The position numbers were made by a program, and so were the translations under genes. Under the pieces are notes generated by a model, which saw only the letters and a list, made by a program, of their open reading frames with translations, did not search any database and had not been told where the DNA came from. This document shows positions 28,677-39,543 of a stretch of DNA of 64,000 nucleotides, one piece after another; position 1 is the first letter of the stretch; each line of letters opens with the position of its first letter. This stretch comes from Candidatus Niyogibacteria bacterium. Lineage in GTDB: Bacteria > Patescibacteriota > Minisyncoccia > JACROR01. The stretch spans positions 241 through 64,240 of the forward strand of contig JACROR010000009.1 of assembly GCA_016214345.1 (NCBI GenBank), in the 5' to 3' direction.

Positions 28677-29795
28677 CTACCGGTAGGCAGGCAAAGTAAA
28701 CCAAAAAGTGGATCCCGCGCTTTCATGGCTCTCAAAGCCCACGCGTCCCTTGGATTTTTCCACCACCAAACGAACAATGTATAGCCCGAGTCCTATTCCG
28801 TCTATCTGCCGGCTGGTAACATTACGCGCCCTGAAAAATTTTCCAAAAATATTTTTCCTATCCTCGGCGGGAATGCCCACTCCCTGGTCAGTAATAGACC
28901 AATGCACTCCTCCGCGGTCTATCCCTATTTTAATTCCTATCTTCTGTCCGCTCTTGCCGTATTTTAGCGCGTTGTCCACTAAATGCTCCAAAACCATCTG
29001 TATCTTTTTCTTGTCCGCGCATACTTCCGGCAAAACACCGTCAATATCAACTGAAATCGCGCTTTCCGACTGTTTCACCTTCTCCTGATATCCTTTCAAG
29101 ACAACATCGGTAAGCTCGACTAAAGAAAAACATTCGGAACTCAATCGCGCCATCTGATCCTCCATGCGGTGCGCCGCAAGCATATCGGACACGATACCGG
29201 ACATTTTTTCACGCTGCTTTCCCAGCAAATCAAAGGTTTCTTGCCGGTCGTGCTCGGATAAATTAAGCCGCGAATCTTCCAACATTTCCAACTGCCAGCG
29301 CATGGATGCCAAAGGATCGCGCAGTTCATGGGACACGATGCTTATAAACTCCGACTTGGCCTTGGAATCTTCGGCAATGAGCTCAAATGATGCCACCACG
29401 GAATTGCCTATCACGAACAAAAACACGGTGATGCCCATGGCGATCAACGCGGAAATTTCGGGCTCGGTATAACGCTGGGCCACGACATAGGTCGCCAATA
29501 TGGCGATGATTATCACAATACCCATCAGCACGAACAAAAATTGCGGACAACCCCATAGTCCCACCTTGTATTCCTCGCAATGCTTCTTTACATTTAATGC
29601 GTCTAAAAAATGCTTAAAATCAAACATAGTTTTTTTACTTATACAATATATAATAACACATGCCGCGCTCGCGAGAAAAATTTGCTGTGCATACTGCCAC
29701 CCCCTATTGCATATTTTTAAAAACCTTGCTATATTAAAGATAGTCCGTTCTCGAAAAACGGATTTTATTTTTAAGAAGTAACTCATATATATCAT
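28677..29795 (-). CDS. sensor histidine kinase (2 TM, HisKA + HATPase_c)
   Basis: H-box SHELRDPLASMRW; G-box GIGLGLYIV. Confidence 0.85.
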   Translation of the reverse strand: MIYMSYFLKIKSVFRERTIFNIARFLKICNRGWQYAQQIFLASAACVIIYCISKKTMFDFKHFLDALNVKKHCEEYKVGLWGCPQFLFVLMGIVIIIAILATYVVAQRYTEPEISALIAMGITVFLFVIGNSVVASFELIAEDSKAKSEFISIVSHELRDPLASMRWQLEMLEDSRLNLSEHDRQETFDLLGKQREKMSGIVSDMLAAHRMEDQMARLSSECFSLVELTDVVLKGYQEKVKQSESAISVDIDGVLPEVCADKKKIQMVLEHLVDNALKYGKSGQKIGIKIGIDRGGVHWSITDQGVGIPAEDRKNIFGKFFRARNVTSRQIDGIGLGLYIVRLVVEKSKGRVGFESHESAGSTFWFTLPAYR

Positions 29796-31029
29796 GTTAG
29801 ATCTAAAAAATCTTCATTCCGCTTTGGAACAACTGGAAGCCGAACGCGGCATACCCAAAGAAAAAATAATAGAGACCATTGAAATGGCCATGGCCGCCGC
29901 GTACAAAAAAGAATACGGCGAACGAGGCCAGATCATTCGCGCGGAATTCAACTCTCAAACCGGCAAAGTTAAGTTCTATCAAGTCAAAATAGCGGTAGAC
30001 GAATCCATGTTAAAACCCGAAACGGAAGAAGGAGATGCCGCGGAAGAAGCTGTCTCTGAAAAAGAAAACGCCGAAGAAGAGAGCGAGAATGGCATACGCA
30101 AAGTCCGCTTCAATGAAGAACGGCACATCATGATCAAAGACGCTAAAAAAGAAAAAAAGGGCGTAAAACCGGGAGACGAACTTATTTTCCCATTGGAAAC
30201 CAAAGAAGATTATGGAAGAATCGCGGCGCAAACCGCCAAACAAGTCATTATTCAGCGCATAAGGGAGGCTGAGCGAAGCTCGGTTTTTGACGAATTTAAA
30301 GACAAAGAAGGCGAGGCGATAAGCGGACTGGTGCAAAGAATTGAAAACCGTAATGTGTTTTTAGACCTGGGACGCGCCACCGGTATCTTGCCGCCGGAAG
30401 AACAAGTGCGGGGAGAGCGCTACCGCATAGGCGAACGCATTAAAGCGATCCTTTTAAAAGTGGATCAAAATTCACGCGGCCCTTCTTTGTATCTTTCGCG
30501 TACCCATCCGCGGCTCATTGCCAAACTTTTTGAGATCGAAGTGCCGGAAGTGGCCAGCGGCACCGTGGAGCTCAAATCCATAGTAAGAGAAGCCGGATCG
30601 CGCTCCAAAATAGCGGTCGCTTCCAACGAAGAAGGCGTTGATCCGGTAGGCTCCTGCGTGGGTCAAAAAGGCATACGAGTTAACACCGTAATCTCCGAAC
30701 TAGGCGGCGAAAAAATAGATGTAATAGAATGGTCCGATAATCCGGAAAGCTTCGTAGCCAAAGCCCTGTCTCCGGCCAAGGTGTTGAGCGTTGACATAAA
30801 CTCCAAAACCCAGATCGCGCAAGTGACAGTCGCCGAAGACCAGCTCTCGCTGGCCATAGGCAAGGGCGGACAAAATGTGCGTTTGGCGGCAAAACTCACC
30901 GGCTGGAAAATAGACATTAGATCGCAAAGCGGAGAATCCATAGCGCAAGCCACGGAAGAAGGCAATGTAAGCGGAGAACAAATAGAAGTTCCTGATGAAA
31001 ATGAGATCAAAGAAATGAAAGCGGAGTGA
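29794..31029 (+). CDS. nusA: transcription termination/antitermination factor NusA
   Basis: N-domain, S1, two KH domains; acidic insert. Confidence 0.85.
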   Translation: MLDLKNLHSALEQLEAERGIPKEKIIETIEMAMAAAYKKEYGERGQIIRAEFNSQTGKVKFYQVKIAVDESMLKPETEEGDAAEEAVSEKENAEEESENGIRKVRFNEERHIMIKDAKKEKKGVKPGDELIFPLETKEDYGRIAAQTAKQVIIQRIREAERSSVFDEFKDKEGEAISGLVQRIENRNVFLDLGRATGILPPEEQVRGERYRIGERIKAILLKVDQNSRGPSLYLSRTHPRLIAKLFEIEVPEVASGTVELKSIVREAGSRSKIAVASNEEGVDPVGSCVGQKGIRVNTVISELGGEKIDVIEWSDNPESFVAKALSPAKVLSVDINSKTQIAQVTVAEDQLSLAIGKGGQNVRLAAKLTGWKIDIRSQSGESIAQATEEGNVSGEQIEVPDENEIKEMKAE

Positions 31030-31095
31030 GCGTTTTTGGAAACGGGGGTTCCAAATAATTGAAATAAAAAAATTATTAAATTAAAAGCGTAACTT

Positions 31096-33126
31096 ATGAA
31101 CATTATTTATTTCCCGATATTATCAAGTTTGCTGGCCATTTTATCCGCTCTGGTTTGGAGAGCGCGCATCCAAAAAGAACCGTCCGGCACGGAAAAAATG
31201 AAAGAGATAGCGGCCGCCATAAAAGAAGGATCAATCGCTTACCTAAAAAGACAATATAAAATCGTAACCGTGGTGGCCGTAATACTCGCGGCAATGCTTT
31301 GGTTTTTCTTCGGCATAACCACGGCCATGGGATTTTTGATAGGTGCCACGGCATCGGGCCTCGCGGGATATTTGGGAATGCTTACCGCCGTTTCCTCCAA
31401 TTCGCGCGTTACCGAATCCGCGCGTAAAGGATTAGCCGCGGCTTTTCGGCTTGCTTTCGTGGGCGGTTCGGTTACCGGATTTTTAGTGGTAGGTTTGGGC
31501 CTCTTGGTGGTTTCCGTATTCTGGCTGGTGACTAAAGATATTAACGCCCTGGTCGGCTTGGGCTTCGGCGGTTCGCTGATTTCCGTTTTCTCACGCTTAG
31601 GCGGAGGAATTTATACCAAAGGCGCGGATGTGGGCGCCGATCTGGTGGGCAAAGTGGAGGCGGGCATTCCGGAAGATGATCCGCGAAATCCCGCCGTCAT
31701 AGCGGACAATGTCGGAGACAATGTGGGAGACTGCGCGGGCATGGCCGCCGATCTTTTCGAAACTTACGCGGTAACCATCATATCCACCATGCTTTTGGGC
31801 AATTTGCTTTTCCCGGGCAGTAACGCGACCTTCATTTTTCCTTTGATCCTCGGCGCCATATCCATTATCGGATCGCTTATCGGAACTGTTTTCGTAAAAG
31901 CCAAGAAAAAAGAAAACATCATGCGTGGCCTCTATAAGGGACTCATTGCCTCCGGCATGATCTCCGCCGTTCTTTTTATACCCGCGACCAGATTCTTTGT
32001 TACGGTATCGGGAGAAACCATTTCTTTCGCGGGTAATACCATAAGCACCATCTCCGGTAATTGGTTAAACCTGTATTTCGCGAGCCTGGTAGGATTGTTC
32101 ATCACGCTTTTAATAATGCTCTTCACTGAATACTACACCGGAACGCAATTCAGACCGGTGCGATCCATCGCCAGATCATCCGAATCAGGGCACGCGACCA
32201 ATATCATAATGGGACTTGCGGTTTCCATGGAGGCGACCATCTTACCCATCATAACTATCGCCTTAGGCATGCTTTTGGCCTGGTGGCTCTTCGGACTCTA
32301 CGGCATAGCCATCGCGGCGGTCGCCATGCTCTCTTTGGCGGGCATCATAGTAGCCATTGATTCTTTCGGACCGATCACCGACAACGCCGGAGGCATCGCG
32401 GAAATGTCGGAAGCTCCGGCAGAGGTGCGCGACATAACCGACGCGTTGGACGCCGTGGGTAACACCACCAAAGCCGTCACCAAAGGATACGCCATCGCGT
32501 CCGCCGGACTCGCGGCGCTCGTCCTTTTCGGAGCTTATGTGGCGGAAATAGAAAAATTAGGCCAAGCCATAATTTTTAAATTAGATGACCCCTTGGTGCT
32601 CGCCGGAATTTTCTTCGGCGCCATGCTACCGTATCTTTTCGGATCGCTCGCCATGCTCGCGGTAGGTAAAACCGCGGAGAGCATAGTTACCGAAGTAAGA
32701 CGGCAATTCAAAGAAATCCCTGGCATTATGTCAGGCGCGGGCAAGCCGGACTACGCGCGCGCCGTAGACATCGCGACCAAATCCGCTCTGCGAGAAATGA
32801 TTTTGCCCGCGCTTTTGCCTATAGCCGTAGTTATCGCCGTAGCGCTTATTTTCGGACTCAAAGCCTTGGGTGGCCTTCTCATAGGCATCATCGTTACCGG
32901 ACTTTTCATGGCGCTTTCCATGACCTCGGGCGGCGCGGCGTGGGACAACGCCAAAAAATATATTGAAATGGGGCATCACGGCGGCAAAGGATCGCTCGCC
33001 CACCAAGCGGCGGTCACCGGAGACACCGTAGGCGACCCCTACAAAGACACGGCCGGACCCGCCATCAATCCCATGATCAAAGTGGTGAACATCGTGGCGC
33101 TGCTTTTAGTGGGATTGCTGATGTAA
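31096..33126 (+). CDS. hppA: membrane-bound proton-translocating pyrophosphatase
   Basis: [19 protein letters not shown]...[21 protein letters not shown]. Confidence 0.95.
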   Translation: MNIIYFPILSSLLAILSALVWRARIQKEPSGTEKMKEIAAAIKEGSIAYLKRQYKIVTVVAVILAAMLWFFFGITTAMGFLIGATASGLAGYLGMLTAVSSNSRVTESARKGLAAAFRLAFVGGSVTGFLVVGLGLLVVSVFWLVTKDINALVGLGFGGSLISVFSRLGGGIYTKGADVGADLVGKVEAGIPEDDPRNPAVIADNVGDNVGDCAGMAADLFETYAVTIISTMLLGNLLFPGSNATFIFPLILGAISIIGSLIGTVFVKAKKKENIMRGLYKGLIASGMISAVLFIPATRFFVTVSGETISFAGNTISTISGNWLNLYFASLVGLFITLLIMLFTEYYTGTQFRPVRSIARSSESGHATNIIMGLAVSMEATILPIITIALGMLLAWWLFGLYGIAIAAVAMLSLAGIIVAIDSFGPITDNAGGIAEMSEAPAEVRDITDALDAVGNTTKAVTKGYAIASAGLAALVLFGAYVAEIEKLGQAIIFKLDDPLVLAGIFFGAMLPYLFGSLAMLAVGKTAESIVTEVRRQFKEIPGIMSGAGKPDYARAVDIATKSALREMILPALLPIAVVIAVALIFGLKALGGLLIGIIVTGLFMALSMTSGGAAWDNAKKYIEMGHHGGKGSLAHQAAVTGDTVGDPYKDTAGPAINPMIKVVNIVALLLVGLLM

Positions 33127-33142
33127 AAATTAAAACTTATAA

Positions 33143-34210
33143 ATGCAAACAACTATAAAAAAATTGCTCAAATCAGAAATTGAAATAACGGGCGAGATCT
33201 CCGCCGCTGATTTTGACAAATTCATCGCGCAAAGCGTGAAATATTTTTCGCAAAATATGGAAATCCCAGGATTCCGCAAAGGCCATGTTCCGGAAAAAAT
33301 GGCACAGGAAAAAGCGGGCGAAGACACCATTCTTCATGAAGCCGCGGAACTGGCACTGCAAGACGCGTATCCCAAGATCCTCCAAACGGAAAAAATAGAA
33401 GCCATAGGACGGCCGGAAATAGTCATCACCAAAATGGCGCGCAACAACTCTTTGGAATTCAAAATAAAAACCGCGGTACTGCCGGAGATCAATTTACCTG
33501 ACTACAAAAGCGTGGTGAGCAAAGTGCCTGCGACCGAAAAATCTGAAATTTCGGAAAAAGAGCTCACCGAAGCGCTGAATTATTTAAGAAAGTCCCGCGC
33601 GCCCCACAACGCCGGCGCGAAAAACGATCCCGAAAATAAAACCGAAGATCTCCCCGAATTGAACGACGCATTCGCCAAAAGCGTAGGCAAGTTCAATACT
33701 TTGGAAGAACTGAAAAACGCGCTCCGCGAAAATCTTGCCTTTGAAAAAGAAATGAAAAACAAAGAAAAGCGGCGCACCGAAATACTCCAAAAAATCTCCG
33801 AATCCATAACTTGGGAACTGCCCAATATAATTATAGAAGCTGAAAAAGAAAAAATGGTGACTGAAATGAAAGGGAATATAGAAGGTATGGGGCTAAAATG
33901 GGAAGACTATCTGAAAAATATTAAAAAGACTGCGGAAGATCTCAAAAAAGAATGGATGCCGGAAGCGGAAAAACGCGTCAAATACGGTCTGGTCATACGA
34001 GAGATCGGCGCCAAAGAAAACACCACGCCCTCCGAGGCAGAAATAAAAAATTACACCGATAAAATGCTGGAAAAATACGGCGGAGCCGACAACGCGAAAA
34101 TCGATAAAAATCGCCTTAATGATTACGCGCAGAGCGTCTTGGGCAACGAAAAAACTCTTCAATTCCTGGAAACTTGCGAAAGCGAAACCAGAGACGCCAA
34201 AAATCATTAA
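33143..34210 (+). CDS. tig: trigger factor (short form)
   Basis: IPGFRKGHVP ribosome-binding signature. Confidence 0.75.
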   Translation: MQTTIKKLLKSEIEITGEISAADFDKFIAQSVKYFSQNMEIPGFRKGHVPEKMAQEKAGEDTILHEAAELALQDAYPKILQTEKIEAIGRPEIVITKMARNNSLEFKIKTAVLPEINLPDYKSVVSKVPATEKSEISEKELTEALNYLRKSRAPHNAGAKNDPENKTEDLPELNDAFAKSVGKFNTLEELKNALRENLAFEKEMKNKEKRRTEILQKISESITWELPNIIIEAEKEKMVTEMKGNIEGMGLKWEDYLKNIKKTAEDLKKEWMPEAEKRVKYGLVIREIGAKENTTPSEAEIKNYTDKMLEKYGGADNAKIDKNRLNDYAQSVLGNEKTLQFLETCESETRDAKNH

Positions 34211-34243
34211 AAAAATACCGCCCCAATAGGCGGTATTTTTTAA
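34210..34243. terminator. bidirectional rho-independent terminator
   Basis: aaaaataccgcc-ccaata-ggcggtatttttt. Confidence 0.75.
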
Positions 34244-34244
34244 T

Positions 34245-35063
34245 TCAACCCCAAACTTTTTTTACCACCTCATCCGCCAAAATTTTAATATCCTCACGAA
34301 CTTGGTTGATAAATTTTTGTTGGCGCAACCGATCAATACGCGATCGGTCTTTTGACTTTTTCTCCGGCTTGGCATGCGCCGACATGTACATCACGGGATC
34401 ATAACCCGTCAACTTGGTTTTTTTAGTCACGCCTGACAACGACGATTGCGCGTAAATCAGTGGAGGATCTACGCTATCCACGCCAATAAATAATTCATGA
34501 TCTTTTAAATTGGCGCGGTGCAATTTATAATATTCAAAACTGGACGTGGATGAAAAAGCCGCCACGTCAAAATCCATTCCAACCTCATTAAGAATTCTGG
34601 CTAATCTGTCAACGCCTTTGCCGGCAGCCATGTATTCCGTAACTAAAAGCGCTTTTTTCTTAGTTTGCGGCCTTATTTGTTTAAAAAAATCCGAAACCGC
34701 CGCGTCATTTTCTACCGTGAAAATCCGCCCGCCCGCGATAAATTTAGTGGAAATCTCATTTTCTTTCGGCGGCTTATCCGCGTGCGATTGATGCTTGCGC
34801 TCATTTATTACACTTCGCAAAATAAGAGTAGGTACCCGACCGCTCGCGTCATCGCCTATCAGTATATCGTATTCGTCATTATCAATTTTGTCCTTCAACT
34901 GATCAACCAATGAAGTGGCGGGCCATTCCAACTGCTTGATCGCCTCAAAGTGATATTTAGGCTCGATTTTCTCGGCCTCCTCTGCTATTGTTTCTGGTCG
35001 TTCAAATGCTCTTTCCGCTGATCCCATATTTAAAATTGAAGCATGAATTCGGCCGAAACTCAA
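34245..35063 (-). CDS. hypothetical protein
   Basis: ORF track; weak PRTase-like ILIGDDASGRVP. Confidence 0.45.
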   Translation of the reverse strand: MSFGRIHASILNMGSAERAFERPETIAEEAEKIEPKYHFEAIKQLEWPATSLVDQLKDKIDNDEYDILIGDDASGRVPTLILRSVINERKHQSHADKPPKENEISTKFIAGGRIFTVENDAAVSDFFKQIRPQTKKKALLVTEYMAAGKGVDRLARILNEVGMDFDVAAFSSTSSFEYYKLHRANLKDHELFIGVDSVDPPLIYAQSSLSGVTKKTKLTGYDPVMYMSAHAKPEKKSKDRSRIDRLRQQKFINQVREDIKILADEVVKKVWG

Positions 35064-35088
35064 TTTATAATTTATCTTCCAAAGCTAA

Positions 35089-35131
35089 TTACCAAGGTGC
35101 CACCTTGGATAGCGCTTCCAAGGTGGCACCT
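35089..35131. promoter_or_regulatory. twin 17-bp palindromes (ccaaggtgScaccttgg x2, 9-nt spacer) in divergent intergenic region upstream of clpP
   Basis: 35089-35105 and 35115-35131 are each perfect palindromes. Confidence 0.5.
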
Positions 35132-35204
35132 TGGAAGTTTTGATAATAAATAGCTTTATAAAAAAAATTTGATTTTTGCGCGATTTCCTATATAATAATT
35201 AATT

Positions 35205-35801
35205 ATGCTTATACCAACCGTCATAGAAAAATCACAATTCGGCGAAAGGGCTTACGATATTTATTCACGCCTATTGAAAGAGCGTATCGTATTTTTAGGC
35301 GGCACTATCACCGATCCGGTGGCCAACACCATCATCGCCCAGCTTTTATTTTTGGAATCCGAAGACCCTAAAAAAGACATTAATCTGTACGTTGATTCTC
35401 CGGGAGGCTCGGTTACCGCGACCCTCGCCATCTACGACACTATGCAACACATCAAACCCGATGTCGCGACCATTTGCGTGGGACTTGCCGCCTCAGGTGG
35501 CGCCATAATACTCGCGGCCGGAGCCAAGGGTAAGCGTTTTATTCTGCCCAATTCCGAAGTCATGATTCATCAAGTGTTGGGAGCCGCCGAAGGACAAGCC
35601 ACGGAAATTGAAATTTCCGCTAAACATATTTTAAAAGTAAAACATCGGCTCAATATGATATTGGCCGACCATACAGGCAAGCCAATATCAAAAATAGAAC
35701 AGGACACCGATCGCGATCTGTTTATGACCGCCGAAGAAGCCAAACAATACGGCATCGTGGACAAGATCGTAAAATCCAAAACCGAAACTGGCAAAAAATA
35801 A
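35205..35801 (+). CDS. clpP: ATP-dependent Clp protease proteolytic subunit
   Basis: Ser-His-Asp triad context [15 protein letters not shown]. Confidence 0.95.
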   Translation: MLIPTVIEKSQFGERAYDIYSRLLKERIVFLGGTITDPVANTIIAQLLFLESEDPKKDINLYVDSPGGSVTATLAIYDTMQHIKPDVATICVGLAASGGAIILAAGAKGKRFILPNSEVMIHQVLGAAEGQATEIEISAKHILKVKHRLNMILADHTGKPISKIEQDTDRDLFMTAEEAKQYGIVDKIVKSKTETGKK

Positions 35802-35803
35802 CG

Positions 35804-37426
35804 CTATAACAACTTATCAATTAAATTAGAACCGGTCATCTCATTGGGCGCGTTCAATCCCATAAACTTCAAAACCGTGGGCGCGATATCCGTTATCACG
35901 CCTCCCACATCAACATATTGGGCATCTATCTCCGTTGGAGAAATGGGCGTTTCTTTTTTAAATTCATTAGCCACTAAAAAACACGGCACCGGATTAGTGG
36001 TGTGTTTGGTCCTCTTCTCTCCGGTAAGGCGGTACCTTTTTTCTTCCGCGTTGCCATGATCGGCGGTAACGATCAGCGCTCCGCCCATTTCCAAAACTTG
36101 CGACACAATCTTTCCCACCGAGAAATCCACCACTTCTATGGCTTTCACCGTGGCGTCAAAATTTCCGGTATGCCCGACCATGTCGCAATTGGCGAAATTC
36201 GCCAGAATAAAATCATACTTGTCCAAGTTGGCCAACACCGCGTCGGCCACCTGCCCGGTTGACATCTCGGGGTGTTCATCATAATTTGCCGCGCCCGATG
36301 AAGGCACCAAAATGCGGTCTTCTCCTGGGAACGGCTTTTCCTTGCCGCCATTGAAAAAATAAGTGACATGGGCGTATTTTTCCATTTCCGCGATATGCAA
36401 TTGCCGCAAACCGGCATCGGAGATCATTCCCGCCAGAGTGCGCGGAACATCCAACGACAAAAAAGCCGCTTTCACCGGCAAACCTTTTTCATACTCGGTC
36501 ATGGTCACGAATTCCAGATCAAGGCGGCTTCTCGCAAAACGGTCAAAATGCTCCGACACGAAAGCGGAAGTTAATTCTCGCACGCTGTCTTCACGAAAAT
36601 TATAAAAAATCACCGCGTCGCCATTTTGAATTCTCCCCAAGGGCAAACCTGCCTGTCCGACAGGCAGATTCGCGCCATCCTCCAAAAATCCGGGCAAAAG
36701 CGTGGTGTCATTCAAACCGGCTTCATACGAAATCGCGACATGCTCCACAGGATCAATGAACGGTTTGCCCCGGCCTTCCGTTAAAAGCCGGTAAGCCGCT
36801 TCTATCCTGTCCCAATTTTCGTCGCGATCCATGGAATAAAACCTGCCTATCACGGAAGCTATTTTAATGTTCGGATAATCCAACAACGATTCTTTGAATT
36901 TTTTAAGGAATCCGAGCATCTCTTTAGGCGGAGCATCCTTGCCATCACCGAACAAATGAAGATAAACTTCCGGAACTCCGGAACGTTTCGCGAAATCCAA
37001 AAGCGCGTAGAGATGTTCCACGTAAGCGTGCACCGAACCGGATGAAAAAAGACCCATCAAATGAAGGCGCGCTCCCGGTTTTTTGGCTCTTTCCGCCGCC
37101 GCCAAAAAAGCCGGATTTTCAAAAAAAGACCCATCGTCAATGGAACTGATTATCCTCGGTAGATGATGATACAAAACCCGTCCCGCGCCTATGGTCAAAT
37201 GGCCGATCTCGCTGTTTCCCGCCTCATTCCAAGGAATGCCCACGGCAATCCCCGACGCTTGGAGCGCGGTAAACGGCCAATGCGTCTCCAACATTTCAAA
37301 GGTGGGACGCTTGGCGAATTTCCAAGTGGATTCCGGAACCGACATATTAACGCCAAAACCGTCCAACACCAAAAGCACCACCGGCTTGTATTTATTCTTG
37401 ATTAATCTTACATTTCCATCTTCCAT
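35804..37426 (-). CDS. gpmI: 2,3-bisphosphoglycerate-independent phosphoglycerate mutase
   Basis: LLVLDGFG, iPGM domain architecture. Confidence 0.9.
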   Translation of the reverse strand: MEDGNVRLIKNKYKPVVLLVLDGFGVNMSVPESTWKFAKRPTFEMLETHWPFTALQASGIAVGIPWNEAGNSEIGHLTIGAGRVLYHHLPRIISSIDDGSFFENPAFLAAAERAKKPGARLHLMGLFSSGSVHAYVEHLYALLDFAKRSGVPEVYLHLFGDGKDAPPKEMLGFLKKFKESLLDYPNIKIASVIGRFYSMDRDENWDRIEAAYRLLTEGRGKPFIDPVEHVAISYEAGLNDTTLLPGFLEDGANLPVGQAGLPLGRIQNGDAVIFYNFREDSVRELTSAFVSEHFDRFARSRLDLEFVTMTEYEKGLPVKAAFLSLDVPRTLAGMISDAGLRQLHIAEMEKYAHVTYFFNGGKEKPFPGEDRILVPSSGAANYDEHPEMSTGQVADAVLANLDKYDFILANFANCDMVGHTGNFDATVKAIEVVDFSVGKIVSQVLEMGGALIVTADHGNAEEKRYRLTGEKRTKHTTNPVPCFLVANEFKKETPISPTEIDAQYVDVGGVITDIAPTVLKFMGLNAPNEMTGSNLIDKLL

Positions 37427-37546
37427 ATGTTCTATATTGTATCACGCGCCCATATTCCTCCAGCTATTGACATTTTTATTGATATATGATAATCTTATTT
37501 AAAGTAAAAACGGTTCTTTTCATAAACTCCAAGCAAGGAGGATTCC

Positions 37547-37750
37547 ATGCCCAAACGTAGACTGCCCCTCAAAATAGCGATGAAAGCGGTTGCCATGTCC
37601 CACCATTTCCCCTCTCTCGCGCCCGGTCACGGCGGCACGCACGGCGAATGCGTCAACCGCAAATGCGTAACCCACATCGGCAAAGGCGGAGAAGCACACA
37701 CCCAAAACCCGCTCACGTCAGCTGTCGCGTTTCTTACCCCGACCAATTAA
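37547..37750 (+). CDS. small His/Gly/Cys-rich protein in GC-rich island (speculative)
   Basis: SD aaggagg 5 nt before ATG; terminator 55 nt downstream. Confidence 0.3.
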   Translation: MPKRRLPLKIAMKAVAMSHHFPSLAPGHGGTHGECVNRKCVTHIGKGGEAHTQNPLTSAVAFLTPTN

Positions 37751-37805
37751 CCGCACCCTCCAAACCCTCCGGGGCGACCACCTTATCGCTCCGTCTCACC
37801 CACCA

Positions 37806-37839
37806 CCACCGCGGTATTTGCCGCGGTGGAATTTTTTTT
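37806..37839 (+). terminator. rho-independent terminator
   Basis: ccaccgcgg-tatttg-ccgcggtgg followed by aatttttttt. Confidence 0.8.
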
Positions 37840-38016
37840 AAAACCCCGCGAACCTACCTACCGGCAAGTAAACAGATTTGCATTATTTAAAAATTTCTGA
37901 TATAGTATATTTAATAAATTATCAATTAATTAAAAAAATTTTATCCAATTAAAACCCGTGAGTTTGTTTCATGAATAATAATATAGTAATGGAAAAAATA
38001 AACGGAAACACAATTT

Positions 38017-39543
38017 ATGACATCCACCTTACTTGTCGTAGCGGTGGTTTCGATTTTGGCAGGAATTGCGGGAGGCTATCTATTGCGCCAGATTATAGCC
38101 AGGCAAAAACGCGACTCAATAGAATTAGACGTCAAGCAAATTCTTTTAGACGCCAAAACTGAAGCTCGCCAAACATTAGACGAAGCCAAGAAAAAAGCCG
38201 AGTCAGTAACGGAATCCGCCAAGCGCGATGAGCGCGAACGCGAATCTCAGATCAGAAAATTAGAGGAAAGAATCATTCAAAAAGAGGAGCTTGTGGAAAA
38301 GCGCCGTCTTGATGTTGATAAAGAACGAGAATCTCTGCAAGCGAAAGCCAACAAAATAAAACAGATAGAAAAAGAATTGGGAGATCTGGAAGAAAGCAAA
38401 AGATAAGAACTGGAGAAGGTCGCCCAACTCTCGGAAGAAGACGCGAAACACCAACTGCTCCAGAGTGTGGAACAAAAATACGAAGGAGATATTTTGGCGC
38501 GCATCCAAAAACTGGAGATCTTCGGCCAGGATAAATTGGAACAGCAAGCCAAAAATATTCTCGCCGCCGTCATACAGCGGCTGGCTTCTTCCACCGCCAC
38601 GGAAATAACCACTTCATCCGTCACCATCCCTTCTGACGACATCAAAGGGAAAATCATAGGAAAAGAAGGAAGAAATATCCGAGCGCTGGAACGCGCCACG
38701 GGAGTGGAAATCATCGTGGACGAAACTCCCGGAGAAGTGATAATTTCCTGTTTTGATCCCGTACGCAGACAAATCGCAAAGATCGCCCTGGGAAACCTGA
38801 TCGTAGACGGCAGAATACAACCGGCGCGCATTGAAGAAGCGGTGGAAAAATCCAAAGCCGCGGTGGAGAGCATGATCAAAGCGGCCGGAGAAGCCGCGGC
38901 TTACGAAATCGGCATCATGGATCTGGATCCGAGGCTTTTGATGATAATGGGACGGCTTAAATTCCGAACCAGCTATGGGCAAAACGTATTGCAACATTCC
39001 ATAGAAATGGCGCACATCGCGGGCATGCTCGCGTCCGAATTGGGCGCTGACGCGCAAATCGCCAAAAAAGGCGCGCTTTTGCACGACATAGGCAAGGCGG
39101 TATCTCATGAGATACAAGGCACGCACGTGGAAATCGGCCGACGCATTTTACAAAAATTCAACACCGATGAACGCATCATCAAAGCCATGCAATCGCACCA
39201 CGAAGAGTATCCTTTTGAAACGGTAGAGTCCATCATCGTGCTCGTGGCAGACGCGATATCCGCGGCCCGCCCGGGAGCGCGCAGAGACACGGTTGAAAAT
39301 TATTTAAAACGCTTGGAAGATTTGGAGCGCATAGCCACTTCTTTTGAAGGGGTGGAAAAAGCTTACGCCATACAAGCCGGAAGAGAAATCAGAATATTCG
39401 TAACACCGGAAAAAATTTCCGATCTGCAAATGAAAAATTTGGCGCGCGAGATCGCCAATCGCATTGAACAAGAACTGAAATATCCCGGAGAAATTAAGAT
39501 AAACGTTATCCGTGAAACCAGACTCGTGGAATATGCCAGATAA
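38017..39543 (+). CDS. rny: ribonuclease Y, interrupted by in-frame TAA at 38404-38406
   Basis: N-terminal TM plus coiled coil; KH (IGKEGRNIRALE) and HD (HSIEMAHIAG...LHDIGKA) domains. Confidence 0.8.

Noticed and set aside
28673-28690. Palindrome at the HK gene end as a protein-coding feature
   Set aside because: It overlaps the HK stop codon and acts as a structural repeat. It is reported as a repeat-family member, not as a separate gene.
32298-33006. Minus-strand ORFs inside hppA
   Set aside because: They are antisense to a highly conserved V-PPase gene. Their Ala/Met-rich content is the mirror of the membrane protein's codons.
36145-36605. ORFs antisense or overlapping within gpmI
   Set aside because: The conserved iPGM reading frame explains the region.
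37520-37705. ORF 37520..37705(-) and 37648..37890(+)
   Set aside because: They are alternative frames in the GC-rich island with no SD. The SD-supported plus-strand ORF or an ncRNA explains the region better.
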